Source: Chlamydiia bacterium
Lineage (GTDB): Bacteria; Chlamydiota; Chlamydiia; Chlamydiales; JBMOFD01
Assembly: GCA_049314435.1 (NCBI GenBank)
Contig: JBMOFD010000019.1
Coordinates: 1 to 26,283, forward strand
Direction of reading: 5' to 3'
Length of the DNA: 26,283 nt
Made by a program: the position numbers and the translations under genes. Within the stretch, counting starts at the first letter, position 1, and every line of letters starts with the position of its first letter. The notes under the pieces are model-generated. The model did not search any database. It was not told the DNA's origin and worked only from the letters and a program-made list of their open reading frames with translations. Below, piece by piece: positions 8,680 through 17,133 of the stretch.

Positions 8680-8765
8680 TGTTCCATGTTCCTGATCCAT
8701 TAACTAATGCTCCCAACCGGGCTGTTCCGTGTCCCTGATCCATCAACCAGTGCTCCCAGACGGGG
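8680..8765. repeat. Two-copy 43-bp tandem direct repeat
   Basis: 8680-8722 TGTTCCATGTTCCTGATCCATTAACTAATGCTCCCAACCGGGC and 8723-8765 TGTTCCGTGTCCCTGATCCATCAACCAGTGCTCCCAGACGGGG, 35/43 identical. Confidence 0.85.
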
Positions 8766-8873
8766 TGACGATGAAAGGCCTGCACTGTCCTCATGTAAGT
8801 CTCTAAGTCATTGATAATTAATGCAACAAGGCGCAACAGGATCTTCTATGACAAATACAACCAATGAGGGGTT

Positions 8874-9359
8874 ATGGCAGAAAGGGACCATGAAAAGTTC
8901 ATGAAGCGCGCCATTGAACTGAGCGAGAAGGCTGGGATCACCGACAAGACAGGTGGTGTGTTCGGGGCCGTTGTCGTGAAGGATGGCAAAATCATCGGCG
9001 AAGGGTACAACCGCGTAGCTGGTGACTGTGATGCGACATGCCACGCCGAAGTGGATGCGATTCGCAAGGCTTGCAAAGCCGCAGGAACACCTCACCTGGA
9101 AGGCTGCACGCTGTACACCAGCGCCTATTGCTGCCCCATGTGTTTGTGCGCCGCCTATTGGGCTCACATCAAAGAGATCTACTACGCTGCGACGATGGAT
9201 GATGCCAAGAAATATGGCGACTTCAAGGACGTGGACTACTTCAAGGAGTTAGCGCTGCCCGATAACAAGCGTTCGATTCCGATGAAGGAGTGCTGCCGCC
9301 CAGAAGCCGTTCTCGTCTGGGAGAAATTCTCCAAGATGCCCGACCGAGCACGTTACTAA
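8874..9359 (+). CDS. guaD: Guanine deaminase-like nucleoside deaminase (CDA superfamily)
   Basis: GGVFGAVVVKDG, HAEVDAIR, YTSAYCCPMC (Zn ligands; P replaced by C before the CxxC), AAYWA, and a C-terminal Tyr typical of GuaD. GAGG RBS. Confidence 0.85.
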   Translation: MAERDHEKFMKRAIELSEKAGITDKTGGVFGAVVVKDGKIIGEGYNRVAGDCDATCHAEVDAIRKACKAAGTPHLEGCTLYTSAYCCPMCLCAAYWAHIKEIYYAATMDDAKKYGDFKDVDYFKELALPDNKRSIPMKECCRPEAVLVWEKFSKMPDRARY

Positions 9360-9448
9360 GTCATACGTGTAGTCGAGCTAGTTCACTTTTGCATAGGGAT
9401 CTGTCTTCAGGTCCGTGAAACATGGTCCCTATGCTTTTCTCTCTCTTC

Positions 9449-10969
9449 CTAGAACAGCGCAATGAGTCGGAGGGTAACGGCCCACGTCTGGGGTATATCT
9501 GCGCCTAAGCTCGGTGTAGGGATATAGGAGATCACCGGCTGCAAGTAGACGGTGGAGCTGATGTTCCCCTGGTAGTAGGCCTGGAACATCAGCTGGCTGG
9601 GTCGATTGAATGTGTGCTTGTTCATCCAAGACCAAGCCATACCTATGCCCATGGAGTCATTGGGGCGAGTCAGTCCATAGGCCGTGGCACCCAGACCTAG
9701 ATACTCCTGAAAAGGTAGAGTCTGGGAAAAGTTCACACCAGCCTGATAGAAGGCCGACACACCACTGTTATCCACCTCTGGATGACGGAGCCACAGCCTC
9801 TGTGAACCAAAGATGTAAATGCCTCCCGTTCCTTGTTCCTGGATCTTACAGACGGGTTCAGGTTCACACGAGGGGCAAGCCGGCGGACAGTCGGGGCATG
9901 GAGGGCACTCAGGCTCCTCATCGCAGCAGACTGGCGGTGCCTTACATACAGCCGAGAGACATCCAGTTTGATACCAACCGCCCACGGCGGACATTCCTGG
10001 TTTATGCCAGGGCCCTATCCCCCAAGCCATGCCAGCCTCTGCCACCTGGAAGTAGTATCCGTTGAAGTGGGGGCCTGTGAGGCCTGTTTGCACGCCATTA
10101 GCGAGATTTCCATCGTAGACCCCATAGGAAAAGTAGTAGTCCTCCCACGGCGCAGCGTTGATGGTCAGCCCATAGGCGGAGTTGTAATAGCCTGGCATCA
10201 CCCCCAACATCGTTGGGTTCACAAAGATAGGGGTGTAGATCAAGCCGCTTACGGACGGAATCGAGAGGCTTTCATCTCGAGTGGGAACCGGCCGAAGGAC
10301 GTTGTTGAAGTCATAGGTCGGGACTGTTTTACCGATCCGGAAGATGAGTCGATCATCTAACAGGCTCTGTCGATACCAGAGCTGGTACAGCTCAGACCGA
10401 TCCAGCGGAGGCTGTCCTGGCAAGCTGTTATAGCTGGGGAAGACACCCGCATATGTATCTGTGGGCATACCATTGAATTGCAGGAATTCCATGCCAAAGA
10501 GTCCGCCTTTCCAGTAGGACATCTTTTCAAAGTCCATGGAGAGGCTCAGCACGAGCAGACTGTTCCCCGTAACTTGGTGGGATATGCCGCCAGCGAGCAC
10601 AGCGTTTCCATCCGCAATATACATTCCACCAAGGCGTACTCCGGTCGAGGGGCGAGCACCAAATAGGCTTCCTAGCTTACCTGTGCCGGTGAAGATGTTG
10701 ACAGCAGCGGGGTTGGAGCTGATCCCCAGACCCGTTTCTCCGAAACCAACAGCTGAGTCCTCGGGACCGAGGTTCTTGCGTATCCGCTTGGCCCACGACT
10801 CCCACTCTTTTTCCGCGGCCACCACAGCTGGAGGAGTCGTACCCTCCTTCTTGCCCTCTTCGGCCGGTATAGCCGTCGGCAGGGTCGCTGTAGCCTCCGC
10901 TTCGACCTCTTCTGCCATGGCAGTCAGGGAAATCAGGCAGCTCAGCACGGAGAAGAGGCGGTATTGCAT
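9449..10969 (-). CDS. OprB-family carbohydrate-selective porin with a Cys/Pro-rich insertion
   Basis: Signal peptide, LYQLWYRQSLLDDRLIFRIGK, RPNDSMGIGMAW, FQAYYQ...YLQPVISYIPTP, terminal Phe. Confidence 0.85.
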   Translation of the reverse strand: MQYRLFSVLSCLISLTAMAEEVEAEATATLPTAIPAEEGKKEGTTPPAVVAAEKEWESWAKRIRKNLGPEDSAVGFGETGLGISSNPAAVNIFTGTGKLGSLFGARPSTGVRLGGMYIADGNAVLAGGISHQVTGNSLLVLSLSMDFEKMSYWKGGLFGMEFLQFNGMPTDTYAGVFPSYNSLPGQPPLDRSELYQLWYRQSLLDDRLIFRIGKTVPTYDFNNVLRPVPTRDESLSIPSVSGLIYTPIFVNPTMLGVMPGYYNSAYGLTINAAPWEDYYFSYGVYDGNLANGVQTGLTGPHFNGYYFQVAEAGMAWGIGPWHKPGMSAVGGWYQTGCLSAVCKAPPVCCDEEPECPPCPDCPPACPSCEPEPVCKIQEQGTGGIYIFGSQRLWLRHPEVDNSGVSAFYQAGVNFSQTLPFQEYLGLGATAYGLTRPNDSMGIGMAWSWMNKHTFNRPSQLMFQAYYQGNISSTVYLQPVISYIPTPSLGADIPQTWAVTLRLIALF

Positions 10970-11047
10970 GTCTGCGTCTCTACAGGTATGTCTTGAAGCG
11001 GCCTACAGTAGGCTCAGGGCTCCTGAGGTATATAGGTGCAGCCGAAT

Positions 11048-12415
11048 TTAGGCAAACATGGCGGTGGCTTTGGCAGCAGCCGCTTCACCGGCCATCAACG
11101 CACCCTCGAGATACCCATTCCAATCCTTCGCCAGATCGGAGGCTGCCCATAGAATACGACCAAATTGAGGTGGTTCTTTCCCACCCAAGGCCGGTCCCAA
11201 CTCGGCCCAGACGCCAGGCGGGAAATGGCAGCCGTGGCCACCCCTTGTGAAGTCCTCAGCTGCCCAGTCCTGCTCGATATACTCGATCGGTTGGAGAGCC
11301 TTGGAACCCAACACCTTGGCCCAAGTCGCCAGGACGGCAGCCTTACGCTCTTCTAACGGAACATCATTCCACTTGGTCGCGTTCGTCGCCGTCACAAAGC
11401 CCAAAAGCACGCCGGGCCCATCGGGGATGCTATTGTCGTACGTGAACATCTGGGGACCAGAGAAGGAGATCCCTGTTCCCGCCCAGCCAGCCTCTCTCCA
11501 AAAGGGCGTTTCATAGACGGCTTGGACCTTCATCGCATTGCCAGTCTGGAAGGCCGCAAAGGCCCGATGGAGATCGGAGGGAAGTCGAGGTTCATAGGTC
11601 ATATGACCTATCAGCTGCGGTGGCACGCAAATCACAACCGCATCGGCGCGGTAGCTCTTGGAGGGTGTGGTCACGACCACCCCCTGTTCATCCTGCTGCA
11701 CTGCCGTCACAGGCTGACCCATAACCAGGGCCTTTCCCAATTTCTCAGCTAGTCGGATAGCCACCCCTTGAGTCCCCCCCTCAACACGAAGAGGCTGAGA
11801 TCCACCTGAAGCCCATGGAGGGACCCCATGGCTGGTCTGTAGGAACCAGAGCATTTGCAACAGAGAGATCTGCTCTGGCTCTGTGGAAAACCCCTGGTTC
11901 ACCATGAGCCGGAAGAAGGTCTTCGCCAGATCCGTGGTCAAAGCCTCATTGAGCCAGGACTGAAAGGTCATCGCATCCCAAGCGGCAGCTAAGGGAGCTG
12001 TCCAAGGAGTCGCAGCAGGCACCTGCTTCAATAGATCACCGAGCAGCGCCAAGGTCGCATCGATCTCTTCCTGAACGATCGGTGGCTGTCCTAGCTGCTC
12101 CACCAGAGCGGCAGCAGGAGCCCCTTGAAAGCGAGCCACTCGGTCACCCAACAGAATGAAGCGATCGCCATCCCCATAGGCTGTATAGGTCTCAAGGCCG
12201 AGCTCAGCGACAAGCTTGCACACTCGTGTCTGCACGGGAGCGATATACTGTCCACCCAGCTCAAGCCTGCGATCTCCGGGCAAGGGCGCATCGAAGGTGC
12301 GGCCGCCAACCCGTTCCCGCGCTTCAAGTAGGGTAACCTGATGTCCACCCTGCTGGAGTCGATAGGCACAAAACAAACCTGCATAGCCCGCCCCAACCAC
12401 AATCACGTTTGCCAT
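11048..12415 (-). CDS. Flavin-dependent amine oxidase (MAO/putrescine oxidase family)
   Basis: VIVVGAGYAGL, EARERVGGRT, ELGGQY, GNAMKVQAVYETPFWR and GYLEGALMAGE motifs. Start set at ATG 12415 with a GAGG RBS. Confidence 0.92.
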   Translation of the reverse strand: MANVIVVGAGYAGLFCAYRLQQGGHQVTLLEARERVGGRTFDAPLPGDRRLELGGQYIAPVQTRVCKLVAELGLETYTAYGDGDRFILLGDRVARFQGAPAAALVEQLGQPPIVQEEIDATLALLGDLLKQVPAATPWTAPLAAAWDAMTFQSWLNEALTTDLAKTFFRLMVNQGFSTEPEQISLLQMLWFLQTSHGVPPWASGGSQPLRVEGGTQGVAIRLAEKLGKALVMGQPVTAVQQDEQGVVVTTPSKSYRADAVVICVPPQLIGHMTYEPRLPSDLHRAFAAFQTGNAMKVQAVYETPFWREAGWAGTGISFSGPQMFTYDNSIPDGPGVLLGFVTATNATKWNDVPLEERKAAVLATWAKVLGSKALQPIEYIEQDWAAEDFTRGGHGCHFPPGVWAELGPALGGKEPPQFGRILWAASDLAKDWNGYLEGALMAGEAAAAKATAMFA

Positions 12416-12497
12416 AGTCCGCAACCTCGCTATTCCCTCTGTAAAGAATCCGCGCTTTGCGCTGCAAGAAGATGCTGGCATCTAGGTCATGTGCACA

Positions 12498-12563
12498 TCG
12501 GGACTTCGTCCCGGACCCTACTGGGAGACTGCGTCCCCCAGCGGGGGCGGGGCGGAGCCCCGC
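12498..12563. repeat. Multi-hairpin REP-like element, copy 1 (plus a third hairpin)
   Basis: CGGGAC-ttc-GTCCCG, CTGGGAGAC-tgc-GTCCCCCAG and GCGGGGC-gga-GCCCCGC. The first 44 nt are 37/44 identical to 13990-14033. Confidence 0.8.
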
Positions 12564-12604
12564 AGTCCACTCAAGCCCTGAGCCAGTCCTTGGAAAGGTT
12601 GTAT

Positions 12605-12633
12605 TTGACGGGGGGACCACCGTTGGCTAGGAT
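12605..12633 (+). promoter_or_regulatory. Putative sigma70 promoter of the MFS gene
   Basis: TTGACG-17 nt-TAGGAT. Confidence 0.55.
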
Positions 12634-12732
12634 CGGGTTTGTGCTCAATAAAATCTTGATACGTCGTTCGTTAGTCCTGTTGGGGTGAACGGAACATTGA
12701 GCCCACAACCATTGGATGGAGCAAAAGTATAC

Positions 12733-13983
12733 ATGGGTTCGAGTGCAAAAAAACGCAGTGGTATGGCGGCATCCCTGATTGTCTGGGGTGCTGGTGACCT
12801 CTACTTCATTGCCAGCGTGATCATTGCGATCCTCTTCGGCATCCTGTCCACCGACATACAGAGTCAGCTACAACTGAGTAGCGCCGAAGTAGGTCTATTG
12901 GGCTCAGCCTTCTTCCTCAGCTATGGCGTAGCACAGCTGATCGCCGGGGGTCTTCTTGATTCCTGGGGTCCAAGGCTGACGTTAACTGGGTCCGCTCTTC
13001 TGGCCGCAGGGGGAATTTTCCTCCTTTCTACGTCTCATGGCTTCACACAGGCCTTTGCCGCACAGGTCCTCACAGGGATTGGTCTTTCGACCTCGTACGT
13101 TGGTGCAGTCTATCTGGCGGGCGTATGGTTCCCAGCCAATCGATTCGCTCTGGTATCGGGGATTACGCAGATGTCGGCGAGCCTTGCGTCCACCATCTTG
13201 ATCCTCGGCATGGTGCTATCGGGCGCCCTGGTGAGCTTCCGCTCCATCATGGGAGTAGGAGCTATCGTCGTTCTTGTGATTGCCCTTTTGATGTTGGTCG
13301 TCGTTCGTCAACCAGCAGAGAGCAAGGATAAAGGCAGCAAAACTAAAGGCGCTGGCTTCTGGAAGGATCTCCAAACTCTGGTGCGCATGCCCCAGTTCTG
13401 GACCGCGACGGTCTATTTCAGCACCAGTTTCGGTGTGTTGATGGCCTTTTCCAACCTCTGGAACGTCCCCTCAGCTCTTGCCTATGGTCACCCCATCACG
13501 CTCGCCGCTTCAATGGGATCGATGATTCCCTTTGGCTGTGCTCTTGGCGCGGCCATTGCTGGCTGGTTAGCTGGTCGTCTAGGCCGATGCAGCATCGTGG
13601 CAAGGTATTTCCTCGTTGGGATGGTCCTTTTCGGATGTGCTCTGGTCTATGGACCCGTATACCTCATTCCAGTTGATTTCCTTCTCCTGTTTGGGTGGGG
13701 ATTCTTCCTAGGCGGATCTGTTCTGGGCTTCGCTCTAGTGGGTCAGAATATCTCTGGAGCCTTGAAAGGGACCGGATTCGGACTCATGGCCTCCATCGCC
13801 TATTTGGTCAGCGCCCTTCTGCAATATCTGGTAGGTCTGTTCTTAGAAATAAGAGTGGCCGCCGGTGCAGAGCCGGTTCCTGCCTTTAAGGTGGCCTTGA
13901 CTCCCCTCATCATCACACTCGTGATCGGCCTTGCCTGCAGCTTCTTACTTCGCGATCCTAAACCGGCTCGGAGTTCTAAGTAA
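12733..13983 (+). CDS. MFS transporter (about 12 TM)
   Basis: Motif A GGLLDSWGPR and its second-half counterpart GWLAGRLGR, W-F-P-x-x-R-F loop, about 12 hydrophobic segments. Start is ATG 12733 (GGAG upstream) or GTG 12685. Confidence 0.9.
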   Translation: MGSSAKKRSGMAASLIVWGAGDLYFIASVIIAILFGILSTDIQSQLQLSSAEVGLLGSAFFLSYGVAQLIAGGLLDSWGPRLTLTGSALLAAGGIFLLSTSHGFTQAFAAQVLTGIGLSTSYVGAVYLAGVWFPANRFALVSGITQMSASLASTILILGMVLSGALVSFRSIMGVGAIVVLVIALLMLVVVRQPAESKDKGSKTKGAGFWKDLQTLVRMPQFWTATVYFSTSFGVLMAFSNLWNVPSALAYGHPITLAASMGSMIPFGCALGAAIAGWLAGRLGRCSIVARYFLVGMVLFGCALVYGPVYLIPVDFLLLFGWGFFLGGSVLGFALVGQNISGALKGTGFGLMASIAYLVSALLQYLVGLFLEIRVAAGAEPVPAFKVALTPLIITLVIGLACSFLLRDPKPARSSK

Positions 13984-13989
13984 TCTTGT

Positions 13990-14033
13990 TCGGGGCTTTG
14001 CCCCGGACCCTACTGGGGGATTTCATCCCCCAG
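13990..14033. repeat. Twin-hairpin REP-like element, copy 2, between the convergent MFS and EamA genes
   Basis: CGGGGC-ttt-GCCCCG-gacccta-CTGGGGGAT-ttc-ATCCCCCAG; direct repeat of 12498-12541. Confidence 0.8.
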
Positions 14034-14053
14034 TCCCCCTTCCTAGACAGCCA

Positions 14054-14929
14054 CTACGACTTCTTCTTAGAGAACATCCAAGGTCCTAGCAGGTTGATGC
14101 ACAGGCCAAAGATCACCAGCGCCGCAGCGCCGATCTTCCATACTTCAAGTGGCTCACTCAGAACCATCGCTGAGGCAAAGAGCGCAATGATGGGCGTGAG
14201 GAGACCGAAGGGCGCGATCATGGCCAATGGATGGCGAGCGAGCAGCCAACTCCAGGCCCAAAATCCAAACAAGCTCGTGAGGTAGCCGAGATAGAGGGCC
14301 GCCCCGCTCGAGACCCATGTCAGATGCTGGAAGGAGTTCATGATCTGATCGACCCCCTCCACCAGAACAGAGAGGATGAGCAAGAGGGGCCAAGCCACAA
14401 GACTGCCCCACGCCACCAGAGTGAGCATATCGACTTTTCCAATGCTCTTCGATACGACGTTCCCAATACCAAAGGCCGCCGCACCCAACAGCACTAAAGA
14501 GAAGCCAGAGACCGTGACCTCGCCATTGAGGTGCAGGCCCACGAGAGCGATCCCACTGAACGACACCAGAGCCCCGACGACCTGCCATGGATGCAGTTTC
14601 TCACCGAGAAACACGAGAGCAAATATCGCTGTAAAGAACACCTGCAGCTGCAGCAGCAGAGCAGCTAAGCCCGCCGTCACACCAGCATACATACCCAGAA
14701 AGACCAAGCCGAAGGGCAACGCAAGCAGGCAGATGCCGTAGCGCGCCACCAACTTGAACGGGATCTTCGGCCTAGAAACAAAGAAAATAGCTGGGATGCT
14801 AGCCAGGAAAAATCGCACAAAGCTGAGGAACAGCGGCGTGAACCCATCTAAGCCCAGCTCAATCACGACGAAGTTGAATCCCCAAACAAGGGCGACTGAG
14901 AGGGCCAATAGAAGGTGTGAGAGCGGCAT
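14054..14929 (-). CDS. eamA: EamA/DMT-family transporter (O-acetylserine/cysteine exporter-like)
   Basis: LALSVALVWGFNFVVI, GLAALLLQLQVFFT, FLGEKL, APFGLLTP; about 10 TM. Likely start is ATG 14929. Confidence 0.88.
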   Translation of the reverse strand: MPLSHLLLALSVALVWGFNFVVIELGLDGFTPLFLSFVRFFLASIPAIFFVSRPKIPFKLVARYGICLLALPFGLVFLGMYAGVTAGLAALLLQLQVFFTAIFALVFLGEKLHPWQVVGALVSFSGIALVGLHLNGEVTVSGFSLVLLGAAAFGIGNVVSKSIGKVDMLTLVAWGSLVAWPLLLILSVLVEGVDQIMNSFQHLTWVSSGAALYLGYLTSLFGFWAWSWLLARHPLAMIAPFGLLTPIIALFASAMVLSEPLEVWKIGAAALVIFGLCINLLGPWMFSKKKS

Positions 14930-15093
14930 GAAATCTACAAGAGGCTCAGTGAGCAAACTAGAGGCCACTCTAGTCGAAGACTCCCCCATCGTCAAATGAA
15001 CTCAGCAGCGAGAACTTGAAGTGTCTTAGGTAACAAAAAGCCACTCTGGTACATGTTTTAGGCAGACTTCTTCTCCTCCAGCAGGGAACCCTC

Positions 15094-16257
15094 GTGAGCG
15101 CTCGGTCTTTACATACAACCTCACCGCGCCTCCTTTTGATGCTATGTCTAGGCATGGAGCTTGTCTGTAACCAAGCGGGACTGCTGCAGGCTTCTTGTGG
15201 CTGCGCGCCACCCGCATGTTGTCCCTCCTCTCCCCCTTGTCCTGAGGGGCTCTGCGATCCATCTCCTCTAAGCCGCTATTGCACCTCCAATGGTCAGCAG
15301 TACGCCGGCTGGCAGACCGGTGCCAATCAGACGCTAGCCTTGGTGGGACGCGCTCTGATCATCCAGCTGTGGAGAGGTCGGGATGCTTGGAACTTGGATC
15401 AGCAACCACAGATCCACCGTGTGTGGGCCAGTGAATCTCTGCTGAGCATGAGGTCGTGGGATGGGAATGCCCCCGCCAGCAATTTCAAGAACGTGGGGGC
15501 CGGGCTCGTCCTAGGAACCGACTGGAGCCCAGGAGCTTCCTGGACTCTTGGGATACTGGGTGGATATACAGCCGGTCGGCAACACTGGGAGACCTTGTCT
15601 GGGGAGGGCAAGAGTCATGCGTTCGCTCTAGGCTTTTATGGGGCTTGGTCGAATGGCGCCCACCGCGACAACCGCAACGGCTGGTATGCCAACCTGGTCG
15701 GGTATGGTGCCGCAATCCGAGGGGTGCTTGATCGCATGCCTCTCTGTCAGTCCATGAGCACTTCCCTCCATGGTCCCGCGTTCGCAGGAACACTCGAGGT
15801 GGGCTACCGGTTCTATTCAGAAGAGCTGCACTGGCAACCCTTCGCCTCGATCAGCCCCAGCTGGTTCCGTAGGCACTCCTTCCATGAGGAGTGCGGGGAT
15901 CCCGCACTACGCATGTGCGGGCCCTCTCACCTCTCCTGGAAGCCGGCCTGCGGAGCTGGTATCCGCTTCGCCACCCAGACGACCAGCCGATCAGGCATCG
16001 TAACCTCTCCGGAATTCATCCTAGAGTTCGTTCAGCAGCTCACGAATGTCACCAGCTGTGTCGATGTAGGTCTGTGCGACACAGACACCATAAGCCGTGC
16101 CTGCGGGCCGCCAAGTCCATGGACCGCTCTCTACCTGGGCATCGGTCTCTTCTTTCGCTTCTCAGAACATTGGCATGCCCGCATCCGAGTCAACTCGGAA
16201 CATGGCGAGGGCATGCAAAGGTTAACCGCGATCGCTCAGGCATCGGTGGCGTTCTAG
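15094..16257 (+). CDS. Autotransporter beta-domain protein with a very short Cys/Pro-rich N-terminal region
   Basis: GLVLGTDW, WTLGILGGY, LEVGYRF, WQPFASI..FHEE, GAGIRF; amphipathic last strand ending in Phe. Start is uncertain (GTG 15094 or ATG 15139). Confidence 0.8.
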   Translation: MSARSLHTTSPRLLLMLCLGMELVCNQAGLLQASCGCAPPACCPSSPPCPEGLCDPSPLSRYCTSNGQQYAGWQTGANQTLALVGRALIIQLWRGRDAWNLDQQPQIHRVWASESLLSMRSWDGNAPASNFKNVGAGLVLGTDWSPGASWTLGILGGYTAGRQHWETLSGEGKSHAFALGFYGAWSNGAHRDNRNGWYANLVGYGAAIRGVLDRMPLCQSMSTSLHGPAFAGTLEVGYRFYSEELHWQPFASISPSWFRRHSFHEECGDPALRMCGPSHLSWKPACGAGIRFATQTTSRSGIVTSPEFILEFVQQLTNVTSCVDVGLCDTDTISRACGPPSPWTALYLGIGLFFRFSEHWHARIRVNSEHGEGMQRLTAIAQASVAF

Positions 16258-16679
16258 TGGCCAGTGCCACTCATCGGAACTAGCTCTTCAGGCTTCCAGC
16301 TCTTTGTGAAGAAAGGTTCTGTTGGACTGTAGAGACGTAGAATGACGCTGAAGCCTTTTCCTGGTGTGGTCTGGATCCAGTTGCTCTCTTTGCCTTGTGG
16401 AGCTAGTAACCGCTGTGAAATCCCTCGTAGATCGCGTAGGAAGAATCACCTCGGAAGGAGTTGAGGTAGGCATCTAAAGCATGGCGGAAGTCAAGGTTGT
16501 CATAGAGCTTGGACGCAGTCGCCGCCGTGGGCACGCCGTCTTTGAACTCTAATGCACCGAACCTTGTCTCTAGGTGATCCGGAATCGACATGGAACGGAT
16601 GGTGTCATCAGAGAACTGAGGCATCGGCCCATGAACCAAAAGCCGCTAATAGTGAGAACACTAGGACAGATCTGAGCAT
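16254..16679 (-). pseudogene. DUF1254/DUF1214 family secreted protein remnant (frameshift plus large internal deletion)
   Basis: Signal peptide MLRSVLVFSLLAAFGSWA (ATG 16679), frameshift near 16610 into PDHLETRFGALEFKDGVPTAATASKLYDNLDF (DUF1254-type N-terminus), then an out-of-frame junction near 16405 to APQGKESNWIQTTPGKGFSVILRLYSPTEPFFTKSWKP (DUF1214-type C-terminus). Confidence 0.85.
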
Positions 16680-16833
16680 GATGTCGAGCCGGTTGTAGAT
16701 GGCCTGACTGTGTTTTTTTAGCAGTTTTCGTGTCAAAGCCTTCCCTAGGACGAGCTCTTCCTGCTCTGCTAGGGATTGCGGATATTGGGTCTGATCCATA
16801 CAAGGAGGTCATCGGATCAATAAAAGGATTTTT

Positions 16834-17103
16834 ATGAACGCGGGACGATTTGCAGGACTGATTGCCATCGTGGTTGGAGTGGTTGCTATTGGATATGCCA
16901 TCCATTCACACAGCCGCATTGCTGAGGCGGAACTTAAGGTAAAGAATGTGGCCACCCAGACGGCGAACGCCACGAGCAACACGCTATCCTCCATCTTCCA
17001 GCCCAGCAAATACGAAACCCAAACGACCCTATTGCTGTTTGGTGGGATCGCTTTGATTGTGATTGGCGGTGGTGTGGCCTTCTTCACAAGGGGCCGACGC
17101 TAA
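16834..17103 (+). CDS. Small two-TM membrane protein (DUF3185-like)
   Basis: 89 aa with N- and C-terminal hydrophobic helices (LLLFGGIALIVIGGG); AAGGA RBS. Confidence 0.7.
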   Translation: MNAGRFAGLIAIVVGVVAIGYAIHSHSRIAEAELKVKNVATQTANATSNTLSSIFQPSKYETQTTLLLFGGIALIVIGGGVAFFTRGRR

Positions 17104-17133
17104 CAACACGAGCCTCCTCGACGGAGAGTCCCT

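Noticed and set aside
8663..8794. 43-codon minus-strand ORF (MRTVQAFHRH...) upstream of imuB as an imuA remnant or leader peptide
   Set aside because: No RecA/ImuA motifs, and it is largely made of the 43-bp repeat read in two different frames.
8874..9359. Deaminase as a DNA mutator partnering DnaE2, or as TadA
   Set aside because: The motifs (GGxFGA, AxYWA, terminal Tyr) fit free-base guanine deaminases, and adjacency alone is insufficient.
14930..15140. Possible riboswitch upstream of eamA (GAGCGCTCAC and GGGTTCC fragments)
   Set aside because: I could not assemble the full SAH, guanidine or SAM consensus or its pairing. An Rfam cmscan would be decisive.
16608..16799. 63-aa ORF as an independent gene
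   Set aside because: Its 3' part is the signal peptide of the DUF1254 pseudogene (ATG 16679), and the upstream part is unsupported.
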